A DNA stretch of 63,970 nt, the filler included, from Octopus bimaculoides (lineage: Eukaryota): NCBI RefSeq assembly GCF_001194135.2. It is 6 parts of 6 records of this genome, joined end to end, with 100 filler letters (N's around TTAATTAATTAA, not from the genome) between each part and the next. Parts side by side here need not be neighbours in the genome. Positions count along the whole stretch, not along the records: positions 61,754 to 63,970 come from NC_068984.1; 5 more parts are not named here. One strand, given 5' to 3'. Position numbers and translations under genes: made by a program. Below, piece after piece: positions 62,990-63,970 of this stretch. Within the stretch, counting starts at the first letter, position 1. Each line of letters opens with the position of its first letter. The notes below the pieces were generated by a model that was given only the letters and a program-made list of their open reading frames with translations, was not told where the DNA came from and did no database searches.

Positions 62990-63360
62990 TTTGACTTGTA
63001 TTTCTCAAATTACAAGGATTCAGAATTAGAAGATATTGAATTTTCAGATTCGTCAGGTGATGAAGACTTGCAAACTAACATTACATTTTGGTTCATTGTG
63101 AATAATCTTCAGTCTGATACAACCCCAATGCTTCATTTCAAATTTTTGAAATCTATGATATTGTGTTATCGAATAACATCAAGTTGAACTTAAACTCGGA
63201 AGCAGTAGATTTTTTTTATTTGGCTTTATTTACTTCAGACTTCATTCAAGCAGTTGCAGAGGAAAGTAACAGCCATGGTAGAACCAAAGTAGAGAAACAG
63301 CTATCTCCAAGAAAAAGACCTTGGGTTGGGGTCTCTGTGAAATGTCTCAGCGTTAAAGCA
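62990..63360 (+). pseudogene. piggyBac-like transposase N-terminal relic
   Basis: Acidic DSELEDIEFSDSSGDED, then AVDFFYLALFTSDFIQAVAEESN..RPW, resembling piggyBac P.DFF.LFFTDE....IV.ETN.YA..W. Confidence 0.5.
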
Positions 63361-63910
63361 TCGTAGGCCAAATGAAATCAGCGAGGATTCCGTGAAGTCA
63401 AATGGGTAGAGCCGAATCGACTGTGCCAAAACGTCTAATTCATCCCTACGAAGACGAAGATCTATAACTCCGCTTTCACAAACATTGATAAACTAAATAC
63501 AACTATCTCTAATTACATCTGGTCTCTAAAAGAGAAAGCTGCAGATATAATGTTAACTGGGCATCCCTGAAAGGGGTAGGCTTTATATAAATGATAGCGA
63601 AATTTGTGGCTTCTGAACTGTGTAGAAAAAGCTTGGCCCTGAAAAACTCACAGCAACCAAGATTATATTATGCCAAGTCGGAGATTCATATTACATGTGT
63701 GTGCATGCGTTCGTGCGTGCGTGGGCGCGCGAGTATGTCTATAGCTGTTGTCCAATGACTGAAACAAGTGAACGAATATATATATATCCCCTTCCATATT
63801 GGCTAACTCTGATGAGCGTAAAGTTATACAATCGGATTGTTACCTAACACTCCATTGTATTCTTTCCGCGACACCAATTGATGGATATTTAATATTGTAT
63901 ATTTCGAATA

Positions 63911-63913
<3 letters not shown>

Positions 63914-63970
<57 letters not shown>
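63914..63970. repeat. (TG)n microsatellite
   Basis: Pure run. Confidence 0.98.

Overview
This is a repeat-saturated, AT-rich, gap-ridden eukaryotic window. The SINE, LINE and microsatellite repertoire looks like an octopod cephalopod (Octopus-type); that is inferred from recalled repeat families, not from a search. Five identical 100-bp spacers (44 N + TTAATTAATTAA + 44 N) split it into six separately assembled pieces, so adjacency across them is not trustworthy. No intact host gene could be identified, and nearly all ORFs in the supplied track are microsatellite or N-gap artefacts. Recognisable content includes three tRNA-headed SINE families with more than 25 copies and three L1/Tx1-like LINE copies. 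It also includes six R4/Dong-like RLE-LINE relics, a Penelope-like element, an RTE relic, mariner, Tc1, piggyBac and hAT relics, two copies of a non-autonomous Helitron, and several long-TIR fold-back elements. The most notable observations are: (1) a 100-bp-arm fold-back carrying two back-to-back minimal hammerhead ribozyme motifs (59164-59376); (2) a ~53-bp-period array of palindromic double-GATA units (36778-37107); (3) a (TAA)n-linked SINE/Dong cluster (50-57 kb); (4) a possible ORF1-only 'half-LINE' (57257-58870); and (5) a canonically spaced TATA+Inr core promoter on the minus strand (42421-42453). All protein-family calls come from by-eye translation and motif recall. Coordinates of degenerate relics are approximate.
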